Below are positions 12,753-26,678 of a DNA stretch of 64,000 bases, piece after piece (positions within the stretch are counted from its first letter, which is position 1; each line of letters begins with the position of its first letter). Both the position numbers and the translations under genes were made by a program. The notes under the pieces are model-generated. The model was not told the DNA's origin. It saw nothing but the letters and a program-made list of their open reading frames with translations, and ran no database searches. The stretch comes from Octopus vulgaris. Its lineage: Eukaryota. Location: NCBI GenBank assembly GCA_951406725.2, contig OX597820.1:119660001-119724000 (forward strand), in the 5' to 3' direction.

Positions 12753-12798
<46 letters not shown>

Positions 12799-13163
12799 CA
12801 CGCACAAATATATATATCTATATACACATATGTATACATATATATGTATGTACATGTATGTATATATGTGTGTGTGTGTGTGTGCGTGTGTGTTCGTGTG
12901 TATCTATGTGTGTATGTGGTCTGCAGGTATAAGCATATGCATACGTTCGAGTGGTTGCGCGTATCAAATGCGCAAATATTGCGTAAAAGAGATTGTATAT
13001 TGATGATGTATTGATAATTTACTTCTAAAGCTAGAAACGCATACAGCCATCCTCAAGTCTACACGTACACTTATATATGAATATATAGACACACACATAA
13101 ACATACACACACACACATATATATAATTTTTACATATTTATATAATGATGTATGTAAGCAAGA

Positions 13164-13191
<28 letters not shown>

Positions 13192-13194
<3 letters not shown>

Positions 13195-13502
13195 GTGATC
13201 ATGTGACCGACCAGGCCATCAGATGTTGCTACACATCGCTGGTCACAATGCGCTTCGCATGTTTTAGCCTTCAATGACGCCACCCCGCTGGCTAAGCGAG
13301 CAGGTCAATAGAAGAAGAAGAATGAGAAAAAGCTGTGGTGAAAGAGTACAGCAGGGATCACCCGCCCCGCCCCCTGCCGGAGCCTCGTGGAGCTTTAGGT
13401 GTTTTCGCTCAATAAACACTCACAACGCCCGGTCTGGGAATCGAAACCGTGATCCTACGACCGCGAGTTCACTGCCCTAACCACTGAACCATTGCACCTC
13501 CA
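13192..13502 (-). mobile_element. SINE family C head with tail type 2
   Basis: The head matches 8196-8370 but the 3' part is different. The same tail occurs at 28866-29170. Confidence 0.9.
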
Positions 13503-13512
13503 CACACACAGA

Positions 13513-13593
<81 letters not shown>

Positions 13594-14180
13594 CAGCATC
13601 TGTACATTTTCTCTTCGTTTAAATAAATTTCTTCTGTCCATTTACTCTCTTTGTATCTGTTTGGTTGTAAGAGTTGGAAACTGCGTATAACGGAAGATAT
13701 TTTGAATTACATCTAAGATTAATGTTTATACAAAGTCAGTGTTAAGAAGATAAATTTGTCTGTGAAATAAATGTCCAGAGAATGGTATGGCCATGATGGA
13801 AGATCGCTGAGTGTATATATGGTTCAAATATAAAGTGAAACTCACATCGAGACGATTCACTGAATAAACAAATCGTGAGTTATATTGTACATTACTAATA
13901 ACAAAAAGTATTCCTGTCTCTATTAATGTTATATTTAAATATATCTTTTACATTATATTTCCAAAGATATTGTATTCTTTGTTATTGCATTGTCTACGGC
14001 TATAATGTGGAATAAACTCCATGAACTTTTACTAAAGAAAACATACCCCAATGAATATGGAAGTCTGGGATACACTTCATCAACTGTTGAGAAGTTTTGT
14101 TTCGATGTAAAGGAGAGCATCTCGACAAAAGTATTATGCAGTATATATGTTGAAAAATCCCACTAATTTAAGTTTGTGTA

Positions 14181-14217
<37 letters not shown>

Positions 14218-14250
14218 ATATAAGTACACACACACACTCATACACACACA

Positions 14251-14420
14251 TAGGGAGCCATGGGTAAATTGTGGCCATTTTGTATTTTCAATTTCACGCA
14301 TGCCCATTGTTTTTGATTATGCTGACTACACAGTATAGTAGGATCAGTTGGGTACCGTCTGTGAGAAAACATCACCATGACACAATTCACTTTGCCATAG
14401 AAGTCTGGAAATTACCGAGG
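14251..14420 (+). mobile_element. Possible Tc1/mariner-type terminal fragment
   Basis: It starts ta-gggagccatgggtaaattgtggccattt next to a microsatellite, which resembles a TIR. No transposase motif was recognised. Confidence 0.3.
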
Positions 14421-14748
14421 AGATGACGTGATATCAGATGTGGGTTGCAATTTCTTGTTGCACGGTTTCTGTTTCAGTGTGTTCCGTTTAGTTGGAATAG
14501 TTTCACCACCATCGGTGATTAGCATCTTGAATATATTGCATGGCTGTTCACTATCATGAATTCCTTCACACTTTGACAATGCTTGGTTTTCATTCAAAAT
14601 CACTCACCCACCCCACCAAGCAAGATTGGTGGGGTGGTTGGCTTGGTCGTCGACACTCCGACCATACAACAGTTTATACTGGGTTACATGTCACTCGAAG
14701 TGAACAAGAGCGTCTTGAAACGTATACACGCACACACACGAGCGTGAG

Positions 14749-15048
14749 TGGAGGCACATGGCCTAGTGGTTAGAGCAGCGGAATCGCGGTCGAGGGATCG
14801 CGGGTTCGAATCTCAGACCGGGCGATGTGTGTGTTTATGAGCGAAACACCTAAGCTCCACACGGCTCCTGCAGAAGGTAATGGTGAACTTCTGCTGACTC
14901 TTTCGCCACAACTTACTCTCACTCTTTCCTCCTGCATCTTCTAGCTCACCTGCGACGGACCGGCGTCCCGTCCAGGTGGGGGACCTATAAGCCAAGAAAC
15001 TGGGAAACCGGCCCTTATGAGCCAGGCATGGCTCGAGAAGGAACAAAT
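14749..15048 (+). mobile_element. SINE family C-related head with tail type 3, 13-bp TSD
   Basis: Head ggaggcacatggcctagtggttagagcagcgg...ggttcgaatc and tail cctgcgacggaccggcgtcccgtccagg. TSD aca(c/t)gagcgtgag at 14736-14748 and 15050-15062. Confidence 0.9.
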
Positions 15049-15287
15049 AACATGAGCGTGAGCACTCATAGATGTGTAGATAGCTAAACGAAAGATAAGG
15101 GGGATCTACTAAAGAGATTATGGCAATTGAGAAACGAATCACATCGCAAGTGTTAGTTAATCAGAATACTTCGAAAAACTCAGGTTAACAAAAACAGATT
15201 ATAACGGTTCAGACTCATACTAAACGATTCAGAAAATCGAAAAGTAACCAACGATTTATTGGTACGTTTATCGTGGCGTAATTATAT

Positions 15288-15760
15288 ATTTCTTTATTGT
15301 TCACGAGGGGCTAAACATAGAGAGGACAAACAAAGGGACTAAGTCGATTACATCGACCCCAGTGCGTAACTGGTACTTTATTTATCGACCCCGAGAGGAT
15401 GAAAGGCAAAGTCAACTTCGGCGGAATTTGAACTCAGAATGTAACGGCAGACGAAGTACGGCTACGCATTTCGCCCAGCGCGCTAACTTCTCTGCCAGCT
15501 CGCCGCCTTCAACATGGCGTAAATATATATTTCTTTACTACCCACAAGGGGCTAAATGTGGAGGGGACAAAGAAGGACAGACAAAGGAATTGAGTCGATT
15601 ACATCGACCCCAGTGCGTAACTGGTACTTTATTTATCAACCCCGAAAGGATGAAAGGCAAAGTCGACCTCGGAGGAATTTGAACTCAGAACGTAACGGCA
15701 GACGAAATACGCCTACGCATTTCGCCCGGCGTGCTAACGATTCTGCCAGCTCGCCGCCTT
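15288..15760 (-). mobile_element. Two tandem full-length SINE family A copies (15288-15510, 15528-15760)
   Basis: Both end in gccagctcgccgcc. The flank tggcgtaa(t/a)tata is present three times. Confidence 0.92.
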
Positions 15761-16378
15761 CAACCTGGCGTAATTATAGCAATAAAACAGGAGGCACAAA
15801 CGTAACAAATATATTATTAACACACTGCGCCATACAATTTGGCATGCTACCGTTATTCCAGTCAAACGCATCGCCTTATAAATCCATGATGAAATATTTT
15901 CTAAGGATGCAGCAAAGTGACGTGAACAACCTATTCAATAATCTTATATGTTCTATATTGTTGGACACAGATTGAAAGAAATAATATGTCAATAAATTTG
16001 CTGCTCAGACGCATGTCTTAATTCCTTTTCTGTCCTTTCGATTCAACGCACAAACACTCACATGGATCCATACACAAACATATTCATATTTATGTATTTT
16101 TGTATATTAAATATTTTGTGCTTTGTATATAAATATTTCAATCAGTATTTCAAAGAGTTTATTAATTTTCTTGATTAATGCTTTGGTGATTCTTAGCGTC
16201 TTTTCTTGCTAATAATATGGGAAAGTTTTCTGTGTCTGTGTCTATTATAAATAGTTATTTAATCATCTATCATAAATAGTTGCGTCTATAATAAATAGTT
16301 ATGTAATCATCAATATGTAAGGCGTAAAAATATGCAATTATTGCCTTTCACGAATAAAAAATCGACAGAAGATATACA

Positions 16379-16500
16379 TAGGCGCAGGAGTGGCTGTGTG
16401 GTAAGGTGCTTGCTTACCAACCACATGGTTCCAGGTTCAGTCCCACTGCGTGGCATCTTGGGCAAGTGTCTTCTGCTATAGCCTCGGGCCGACCAATGCC
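16379..16500 (+). mobile_element. SINE family B, 5' fragment
   Basis: taggcgcaggagtggctgtgtggtaag...ggttcagtcccactgcgtggcatcttgggcaag. Confidence 0.9.
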
Positions 16501-16694
16501 GATGATGCAATCAGACACCTTAATACAAGTGGTGCTTAAAAGTGTTACCAAGGGTATATTCACTGACCGACGCACATGAATCCATATATGTATACGTCTG
16601 TGTGTGTGTAAGTGTGTATAATTTGCAAACATATATATTTACATGGATATATGGTTATATGCAGATCATTTGTCTTTTATAACCTATATATTTT

Positions 16695-17070
16695 ATTGTA
16701 CCAGTCATTAGATTGCGGCCTTGATGACGCATTACCTTGAAGGATTTTAGTCGAACGAATCGACCCCAGTAATCATCTGTCTTTAAAGCCTAGTACATAT
16801 TATATCGTTCGATTTTGCCGAACCGCTAAGTTGCGTCTCGATGCAAATACGCGAACATAGGCACAAAGACACACACATATACACACACACATATATGCAC
16901 ATACATACACCACATGCTTCTTTCAGTTTCCGCCTGCCACATCCACTCACAAGGTTTTAGTCGGCTCGAGGTTATAATAGAAGACAGTTGCCCAAGATAT
17001 TTTGCAGTCGCACTAAACTAGGAACCATGTGGTTGAAGAGCAAGCAACTCACCACGCAGCCACACCTGCG
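16695..17070 (-). mobile_element. SINE family B, old degenerate copy
   Basis: Recognisable blocks gccgaaccgctaagtt, cttctttcagtttcc, ccactcacaagg and ggaaccatgtggtt. Confidence 0.75.
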
Positions 17071-18667
17071 CACACAGATAACTATAAATACCTGTTTATG
17101 CATGCACATTTCTTAACAGCGAATTCTTTCTGTTTAAATAATTTGTAAATGTGTCTTTCAGTGATTTTAAAATATTAAAAAAACCATTCTCTTTGTGTCT
17201 TCGAGTTGTTAATATTATTTAATATTATTTATTTATTTATGATAACATTTTTGTGAATTATTCCTGCTGAGTTGTAGAAATAATTCCGTTTTATTTTTTT
17301 TCTTATTCAAATCAAACATCACTTTTGACGAAAACTCCTTCCATCGAGTTTTAGATTAAGCTTTCCGTTTTATTATTTGTTCCATACTTTTATGCCTCCT
17401 GGTTTTAATCAAACTTGAACATTTTTTTCTTGTCCTTGCACGACAGTCGCATATCACGTAAGAGTAGTTTTACTTTGCTGCGTTCATCAATAAAAGAAAA
17501 TTAGATGCCTTATTAGTTACACAATAATGTCTGTGTAAGTTGCAGTATAGATAGCAGTGTGTTAACAAAGTTATATTTGTGAAAATATTTGCCAAGAGCG
17601 ATGCGTGTGTGTGTTTGCATCTACAGACTCTGTGTATATGTGTCTATAGCTAGAATCTGTGAAACGCTGGTTTCCTTTGTTTCTCTTTCAATTATATTAT
17701 GTTTACTGGCTTCTTTCTCAATTTAATTAAACATGGCGAAATCTCATTAAACTTTGTTATCTTAATGTAAATTATCAACACGGATAATATGCTTAAGTTT
17801 GGTTATTCTGTTTGTTTGTTTTCTAATTAATTAAATAAATCATTGTGAGTGGCTAAATGCTGTCAAGTAACAGAAAGAAAGAAATAATGGCTTCTTCGCA
17901 TTATATCCGTAAATAAATTTGGTCAAAATGGCCGAAATATACGTAAACACATTCATAGAAAATAATTTAATGTTTCAAATGACATTTACACAAAAGGTTG
18001 TTTTCTCCATTATATCCCTTGATACGTCATTGAAAGTTTTTCTATTTTGAATTTTCCATTAAGGCAACTAACTGTACGTTACCTATCTTCATCATTATCT
18101 ATATTGTATTGATTTTCACACCACAAATACGATTCAAAAATAATAGTAATTTCGCAGCAGACAAAACATTTCCGAGACGACATTGTCTATATTTGAGTTT
18201 TCTTTTTTTGGATTCATTATGCTGCCAGAAGTTATATCTTTATCAGCTATGTTTAGAAATAGTTTAGGGATTAAGAAGAATAAATATTTTGCGGTCCAAA
18301 ATAGTACTGTAGTCTTGTTTATTTACTGAGCGTTGACGATATTCGGACTGTAAAGGGAGTTAGAGATTAATAGAAGCCGAAGAAAGTATTTGAAACTTTC
18401 TGTTCAAAGCAACATTTGGCTTATAATTTGTTCAGGTTGAAAGGTTAGAATAAATGAACAAGTAGGATGTATTTATAAGAAAAAGAATTAACTGAGAATT
18501 TAATTATTGTAGATTAATGTAATCTTCTACAAGTGTATTTATGTGAAAGGAAAACATGGGCAGAAATTTCATTCACTCCATCGGTTGCCTGTTACTTATG
18601 AAAAGGTTTCTTATTATAAAACAGTTAGATATTGGGTGAGGATCCACAATATAGATGCATGTGAATG

Positions 18668-19440
18668 TACGAGAGATTACACAAAAGTAAAGGAAATGTT
18701 CTATGTGGTTCGGGCTTCCGCTGCTAGAAGCCGCATGATGCGGTCCACAGGCATTAGTCTGCCGATCGGCGTTGTCCTTCTGGGGTCATACTGCCTTGTG
18801 GTGCGTCTTTGTTTTGCAGTGCTTCTCCCTTATTTATCGATTTTTGCGATAGCTGAAACGAAGGGACGGCGTCCTTCTGTGAAATTCTATTTTCCGCTGG
18901 GAAAAACAGCGGCAGAAACAGCTGTCAAACTTCAAACAGCTTACAAGGTCGCTGCCCTGAGCAAAACACAAATTCATGAGTGAATTTCACTCTTTAGGGA
19001 TGGTCACCTGTCGTTCAAAGACCAACTTCGTGCAGGGCAACCGCCGACCTCCTGAACGAATGAAAATTCATGAAATTATCTTGAAGACTTGACGAACTTG
19101 TTGATATGATTGGTGTGTAATGGATCTCGTACCAACAAATTTTGAGCGAGGAATTGTGAATGAAAAGAGTTGCAGTAAAATTTGTGTCTCACTTGCTCCC
19201 TGAGAACTAAAGGAGTCACGGCTGAATGCGTTTTATCACTGGTGACAAAAGCTGGTGCTACGGAATTTGCAAATGTGAAAAAAATGAAGAAAAAACATCG
19301 GATGCATTAAAAGGCATCACTTCGCAAGAGTTCCAGCACTAATTCCAAGAGTGTAAAACGTTTCTGGACCGATACATTTCTTCAAACGAGGAATAATTCG
19401 AAGGCAGTAAAAGTGTAAGTATGTAAAATTTTGGTTTATT
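18668..19440 (+). mobile_element. Mariner transposon, internally deleted pseudogene
   Basis: HTH region AETKGRRPSVKFYFPLGKTAAETAVKLQTAYKVAALSKTQIHE*, then MKRVAVKFV, ITGDKSWCYG (first catalytic Asp), and a C-terminus ending about SNEE*FEG. It carries stops and deletions. Confidence 0.9.
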
Positions 19441-19631
19441 TCACAGGTAAAAATGCGTCTGCTTATTTGTAATTAAAGTTGTAGTAAAAAGGGGAATCAC
19501 ATAGGAATTCTGTGGAAGACAATATTTACTCCACTTTCATTAGCCCCCGAAATGCTTCTCCAGACAAATACACACATAAATAGTTATGCATGCATACATA
19601 CATACGTACATACATACATACATACATACAT

Positions 19632-19795
19632 AGTTAATCCAAACATGAAAACACAAAAAAAAAACACAACAATGCGAGGACGTGGAACAAGTATAGTATT
19701 ATTGGACGCTCTGGAAAGAAGGAGGGTTTACGTTTCGAGCGGAGCTCTTCGTCAGAAACATAGAAAAAGGAAAGATCCAAAGAAGGGAAGATATA
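19632..19795 (-). mobile_element. Penelope-like LTR fragment with minimal hammerhead (19726-19759)
   Basis: The reverse strand reads gttt-CTGACGA-a-gagc-tcc-gctc-GAAAC-GT-A-aac, the same family as 10545-10720. Confidence 0.78.
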
Positions 19796-19909
19796 TGTGG
19801 GTGTGTATATGTGTGTGTGCATGTGTGCGTGTGTATCCATACCTCTGTCCGTCCACCTGTCTATCCGTATGCACACACACACATACACACAAATGCACAC
19901 ATACCCATA

Positions 19910-21175
19910 CAGTGTGTCCCAAAATTAAGGCAACTAAATTCTTTCAATTTTGTCAAGGCAAAATATCGTTATATTTCAAGTCCGAGCATTGCAATGCGAT
20001 GGTAAAGAAAACACAATTATGACACTACCATACCTGTTCGATATGACCACCTCTGTTACGAATTATAGCCTGAAGTCTAGGTGTGAATTCTTCACACATA
20101 GCACGCAGCTATTCTTTCAGAATCGAAACCCATTCCTGGCACAGTTTAGCCTTCAGAGCATCGAGCGAAGCATGAGGAGTGCTCAAGACCCTCGTCTCCA
20201 AAATGGACGAAAGAGAAACATTCAATGGATTGAGATTGGGGTTTCATAAGGGCCATACGTCCTTGCCTATGAACGACATAATGTTTTTCCCGAATCCAAT
20301 GCTGTGTCTGATTAGAGCTCTGGGATGGTTCCGAGTCCTGTTGTAGGCTCTAAGGTTCTCCTTGAAAGCGCTCATTCACCCATGGAAGGAGCTCAGCTTC
20401 CAGAATGTCGCTAATATATTGCTGGGTGTTAATTTTAACTCCCGAAGGAACTAAAAGGAGGGTAAACTTTTCCGTAGCTGTCACAGCCGCCGAAACCTTA
20501 ATTTACTGGATTTTGACGTCGATTTACAAGTCTTCTCTCGACGGAGCCAGATACCCTCCCAAATCGGTCATTCTGGTGGTTTACTCTCTGTTCGATGTCA
20601 AATTTCTTTTCAGCAGTGTACGTTAGGTTGAACAGCGTAACTTCAGTAATCTGGCGCTGGGTAAGGCGAATTCTCTCCAGTCTTGCATGAGCTGATGGGA
20701 ATGGACCATTCTGTAGGGGTGGATCCTGAGATTCCCCTTCAGCACTCGATACATCGATTTGCGGCTTAATTTTGCTGTGGCAGCCAGTTTCCTGACGGAC
20801 GGGCGAGAATTTGACCGCATCTTTTCTCTGGTATATCTGATAAGCTCAGGGCTCCGCACCCTTTTTTTTAACCGCATCCAGGTGGATCAGCGGTGGAACC
20901 TAGCCTCTTTTGAAAATTTTGTCAATTTTCCACTATGATGTTCGGTAAATGAAAAAAATTTGTTATAGCTGTGTTACTTTCGCCTACTTTGTGGAGGGTT
21001 ATGATTGTATTTCGGTCTAGAGCCATTATCTAACTTACAAAACTGAATTTATTTAGACTGAAACCAAATGAAGACATTCAATTTTTATAATGATCTTCAA
21101 TTTTCATATTTTATCACATTTATTGATAGTTATTAAAGCCCGAAACTTCGGTTGCCTCAATTTCGCAAGCGCATA
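19910..21175 (-). mobile_element. Tc1/mariner superfamily transposon (maT/DD37D-like), near full length, decayed
   Basis: Reverse-strand peptides are VRSPELIRYTREKMRSNSRPSVRKLAATAKLSRKSMYRVLKGNLRIHPYR, LQQDSEPSQSSNQTQHW and PNLNPLN...ILETRVLSTPHASLDALKAKL. Imperfect TIRs share the core aaatt(a/g)aggcaac at about 19922 and 21151-21163. Confidence 0.85.
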
Positions 21176-21177
21176 CA

Positions 21178-21255
<78 letters not shown>

Positions 21256-21814
21256 AGCGAGAGAGAGTTTGGAAAGAATCTCCTTTCGCATTTGAAGATG
21301 GGAAGCAAACAAAAGATCCTTTGGATTTAATTGAAATATTTAATGAAAATATTTTCGCTCATAATTGATAACATAATCCTATCTATTTAGATAATTGATG
21401 ATACCATAGGCGTAAAGCATCTCAGGCTTCGAAGCAACTAATCACTTAATATCATTCATAACCTATTCGCAATAAATAACCTGTTATCCCTCTAAATGAG
21501 AGAGCAAAAAATCTGAAAAGATGATTGTTAGACGGAGCTGTGAGGAGAGCGAAAGAATGAAGTACATCTTCCATATTTATTGCCATAGACTATTCCTGTC
21601 GTCTAAAAGCAATATCTACTTGGGATTGAACAGTTATGGACGATTTTTCGGCGAACGATTTTTAAATACTTCTAATCGATAACAGTACAACTCCGCATTA
21701 ATTGTTTTGTTTACGTTCGTCTGACATTCTATGATAGATTACATCATTCATGTACAAAAAGATTAACTTTTTCGGGTGTTGTCCTGGTTTAGGGAAGGAT
21801 TCTCTCTTTTCATT

Positions 21815-22220
21815 ACTCTTTTACTCTTTTACTTGTTTCAGTCATTTGACTACGGCCATGCTGGAGCACCGCCTTTAGTCGAGCAAATCGACCCCGGGAC
21901 TTATTCTTTGTAAGCCCAGTACTTATTCTATCGGTCTCTGTTGCCGAACCGCTAAGTGACAGGGACGTAAACACACCAGCATTGGTTGTCAAGCAATGCT
22001 AGGGGGACAAACACAAACATATACACACGCACCCATACATATATATACATATATACGACAGGCTTCTTTCAGTTTCCGTCTACCAAATCCACTCACAAGG
22101 CATTGGTCGGCCCGGGGCTATAGCAGAAGGCACTTGCCCAAGATGCCACGCAGTGGGACTGAACCCGGAACCATGTGGCTGGTTAGCAAGCTACTTACCA
22201 CACAGCCACTCCTGCGCCTA
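21815..22220 (-). mobile_element. SINE family B, full length
   Basis: Tail (ttactctt)n through head ccactcctgcgccta. Confidence 0.95.
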
Positions 22221-22845
22221 TTAGTTGCTAATCATTGTTGTTTCCGCTAAATATGATTATTCAGAATTCACATATCATCAGTTGTGATGATTCAACAGAG
22301 GAAACGCTTGGTAGCAATTCTACCCTTCAATGACGAGCAGAAGGCAACTCATTGATTTAAGCTGAAAAACAGGATGTTGATGGCATACACACTGACCAGT
22401 TTCAGAAGAATTTTCCTACTTATTTAGATTTGTTATGATCAAATTGCGAGTTGAATTGAACTGTGTTTCTCAGTCTCATGAAATTTGCTTTGGATTTTTC
22501 TCAGCTATAAATTTACAGAAGTTGGATGTTGGAATCGAGCGAAATACGCGAGAGAAAAATTTCCGAAGAGAAACTGTTTAAACCACTTATGGCATGCAAG
22601 GACACTGAAAGCTTCATTTCTAGCAGCAGAATGCTGCGAGACCCTTATTTAATTTCTACTGCATGCAGTGTCCGATATGGATCTCATCTAAGGTCATTTG
22701 AAGAGGGTAAAAATCGATACGATTTTAACCACCCTGATATTATGTAACATACAAAAATAAAAAGTAAGAAAGAAAATAAGATTAGTAAATGAAAATATTT
22801 TTACGGTGTGTAATATATATATATATATACAGATTATGCAATCGC

Positions 22846-23218
22846 TGCACTCCGTCGGTTACGACGATGAGGGTTCCGGTTGATCCGAATCAACGGAACA
22901 GCCTGCTCGTGAAATTAACGTGCAAGTGGCTGAGCACTCCACAGACATATCTACCGTTAACGTAGTTCTTGGGGAGATTCAGCGGGACACATAGTGTGAC
23001 AAGGCTGGCGCTTTGAAATACAGCAGAAACAGGAAGAAAGAGTGAGAGAAAGTTGTGGTGAAAGAATACAGCAGTCTTCACCACACCACTGCCGGAGCCT
23101 CGTGGAGATTTAGGTGTTTTCGCTCAATAAACACTTACAACGCCCGGTCTGGGAATCGAAACCCATGATCCTATGACAGCAATTCCGCTGCCCTAACCAC
23201 TGGGCCATTGTACGTCTA
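22846..23218 (-). mobile_element. SINE family C (tail type 1)
   Basis: Reverse complement of the 8196-8575 element. Confidence 0.92.
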
Positions 23219-23859
23219 CTGATGTAGGTAATAGCTCGATAAGCTGTAGATTTGTAGGTAGACGAAAAGAAAGACAAAAGCAATGGAGAAAGTGGAAGAT
23301 AACGAAAGAATGTTTGGGTGTTGTGGGGAGGGGGAATGCTAATTAAAAAATTAGAAAAAAACAGAAAAGAAACAAGATGAAACAGATTTTGAGCACAACC
23401 ATGGAGAGGAATTTACCATTTGAAGCAACGGACTGAATGTGATACCAATATTGAACATCATCTCGGCGGCTAATTTAGCAAAATTGTTAATATACCGTTC
23501 GGTTTACAAACTTTAAAATTATACACACGCGTATATATATGTATGTATAGATATATATTTATACAGGGGCACAAAGAGACGCAGAGAGAGGCACAAGAAT
23601 GATGGGGAAATTGAAAGAGAGAAACTCACAAAGGTACGGAATTGTGTAAACTATTTGATAATTAATCTATCAGATCTGTTATAGGAGATCAATGAGATGA
23701 AATATAGCGATTCAATCAACCATTTTTCTGATCCCTGATAAAATTGAATCGCGATAAAACATGATAAAACAATGTCAGGCTTATTATTTATCGTTCCTTT
23801 AATCTATTATTCAAACGATTCAAACATCTCGTCGATGATAACGACCATCTAGGAATGTG

Positions 23860-24153
23860 TATATACGTATATCGTGTCTATGTAGATATCTATATACATA
23901 TGTAGATAGGTATATTCATATATAGACTTGAACGCATATATATGTGTGTATGCTTATGCCTATGTATATAAGTATATTAGCATACATATAATATTTTTGT
24001 ACATAAAAACATAACAAAGCATAAACAGACATATATATATATATACAATGTATTTATGTATACATAGATATATACATACATGCATACATACACATACATA
24101 CATACACACATATATACATGCATATATATGTATATATATCTATATCTATATCT

Positions 24154-24247
<94 letters not shown>

Positions 24248-24272
24248 ATATATATATATACATATATACATA

Positions 24273-24348
<76 letters not shown>

Positions 24349-24380
24349 CATATATACATATATATGTACGGATACATATA
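23860..24380. repeat. (TA)n/(TATATC)n microsatellite
   Basis: Directly visible. Confidence 0.95.
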
Positions 24381-25099
24381 TATTATAAGGAGGCAAATGT
24401 TTAGATATTAATTTATTACACATTCAGCACATAATCCTTTAAGTGTTGCCTGAATGACGAAGATCGAATCACAACTAGCATAAAATCAACTGCCTTCGAT
24501 TTGTATAGGTATACGCATTTACATAAAGTGTATGTGTGTGTTTGTGCGTTTGTCTGTGTTTGTATGCATATGTGTGTGTTTGTGAGTGTACGTCTATACA
24601 TATCCGCAAACATAGGCAAATATACAGACGTAGAAGCTAAAGGCTGCGGTAGGTTTGTACAACTAATCACTACAAGACACTGCCGCAGCACAAACGAACA
24701 AATAGAAACCATAAAATTGGTAAGACATGTATATATATATATATATATATGTATGTATAGGTTATGGTAAGGTGAGAGAAGCATCAAAAGATCTGCCGCA
24801 TGAGAATAGGTGTGTGTATGTTAACAGGTTAAACATTGAGTAGCGGTCAATCAAAGGTGACGGGTGAAAGTTTTGGGCGAAAGGTGTAATGAAAGCTGCT
24901 GTTCTAAGTATGAGTAACGACTTGTGGGAAAATATGTTGGTGACTTTTAAGTTGTGTGTGTGTGTGTGTGTGAGTGTGAGAGTACTTGCGTGTGTGTGTG
25001 TGTGTGTGTGTGTGTGAGGCGGAGAGAAAGAGAGAGTGTGACGAAGATGTATAACATTAAGGACGGCTAAGTGTTCGCGATGAAATCCAAGACTAAATG

Positions 25100-25660
25100 T
25101 TACACCGGACGGGGAAGCATTGAAGGGAACAGGGAGAGGACGATGTACTTCCTGAGGACAAGAAATGTAAAGATTGCATGCAAGAGAAGGTGGAAATTTG
25201 AGGAGAGAGGATAAGATTTTATTAGACTGAAAAGGCGACCTTGTAGGAGCCTGGTAGCTGTGTGACAGGTGTACCGAAAGATGTGATGTGTCGGGATACA
25301 GTTGCGAGCAGTGAGGGCTAAGGTGCTAAGGTGAATAATAAAGATCAGCATGGATAAATGCTGGCGGGTAATTGACTGCTGATGTGTCGTGTTTGGTCCA
25401 TCGATGATAGTTACAGAGCGGGACGAAGTGAGAATAATCGATACTGTGTTTGGGGTGGGTGGAATGAGAGAAGAATAACTTAAGGTAGGTGTGGCAGTCA
25501 GTAGGTGTGTAGAAAGTGGAGTAGGTGAGTGTGGGATGGCGAGGAGAGACGATAAGGTCAAAGAAATTATGGGAGGAACCGGATATGGAATGGAAGAAGT
25601 GCAGGGCATTGTTATAATCGTGGTTTTTAGTGGGAAGGTAGGCGGGGAAACGTTTATATA
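25100..25660 (-). pseudogene. Possible heavily decayed Penelope-like GIY-YIG region
   Basis: The reverse-strand fragments PYPVPPIISL, SVTIIDGPNT and HLSVHLSH loosely recall the PLE linker/endonuclease region. The diagnostic YIG motif was not recovered. Confidence 0.3.
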
Positions 25661-25775
25661 TTCCTTTATGCATACGAGTATGTATGAAAAAAATATGGGT
25701 GTATGTGTGTTTGCACGCGTTTCGGTGTGTGCTTACGTATACATACATACATACATATATACATACATACATACA

Positions 25776-25811
<36 letters not shown>

Positions 25812-26196
25812 TACATACACGCACACACATATTTGTATTGCAGGAGAAAGATTGTAAGGACCAGTCAGATTACGTATCAAACAAATGGTTCGATAAGTAA
25901 ACAAACAAATAAAGACTATATGAGATCAATCAGATGACACATAACTATTCCATCAACCATTTTCTGATGCTTGGTAGAAGTGACCCGAGTCATAAGAGAG
26001 CTCCCACAATGTCAGCTTGTGCACCCGTCATTCTTTTAATCTATTATTCAAGCGAATGAAACACGCCATTAATAAGAGATATCTATATATCTATTTATTT
26101 CTCATTCTATACTTTCGTAAGCGTTTATCAATACACATACACACTCTCTCACATCTAAGCACACATACACATATATGAATATATTAGTGTATATAT

Positions 26197-26678
<482 letters not shown>

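Noticed and set aside
14095-14135. Hammerhead-like ttgtcga-gatg...catc-gaaac on the minus strand, and a similar weak motif at about 59480-59535
   Set aside because: The core is mismatched and no stem III/UH or stem I can be formed.
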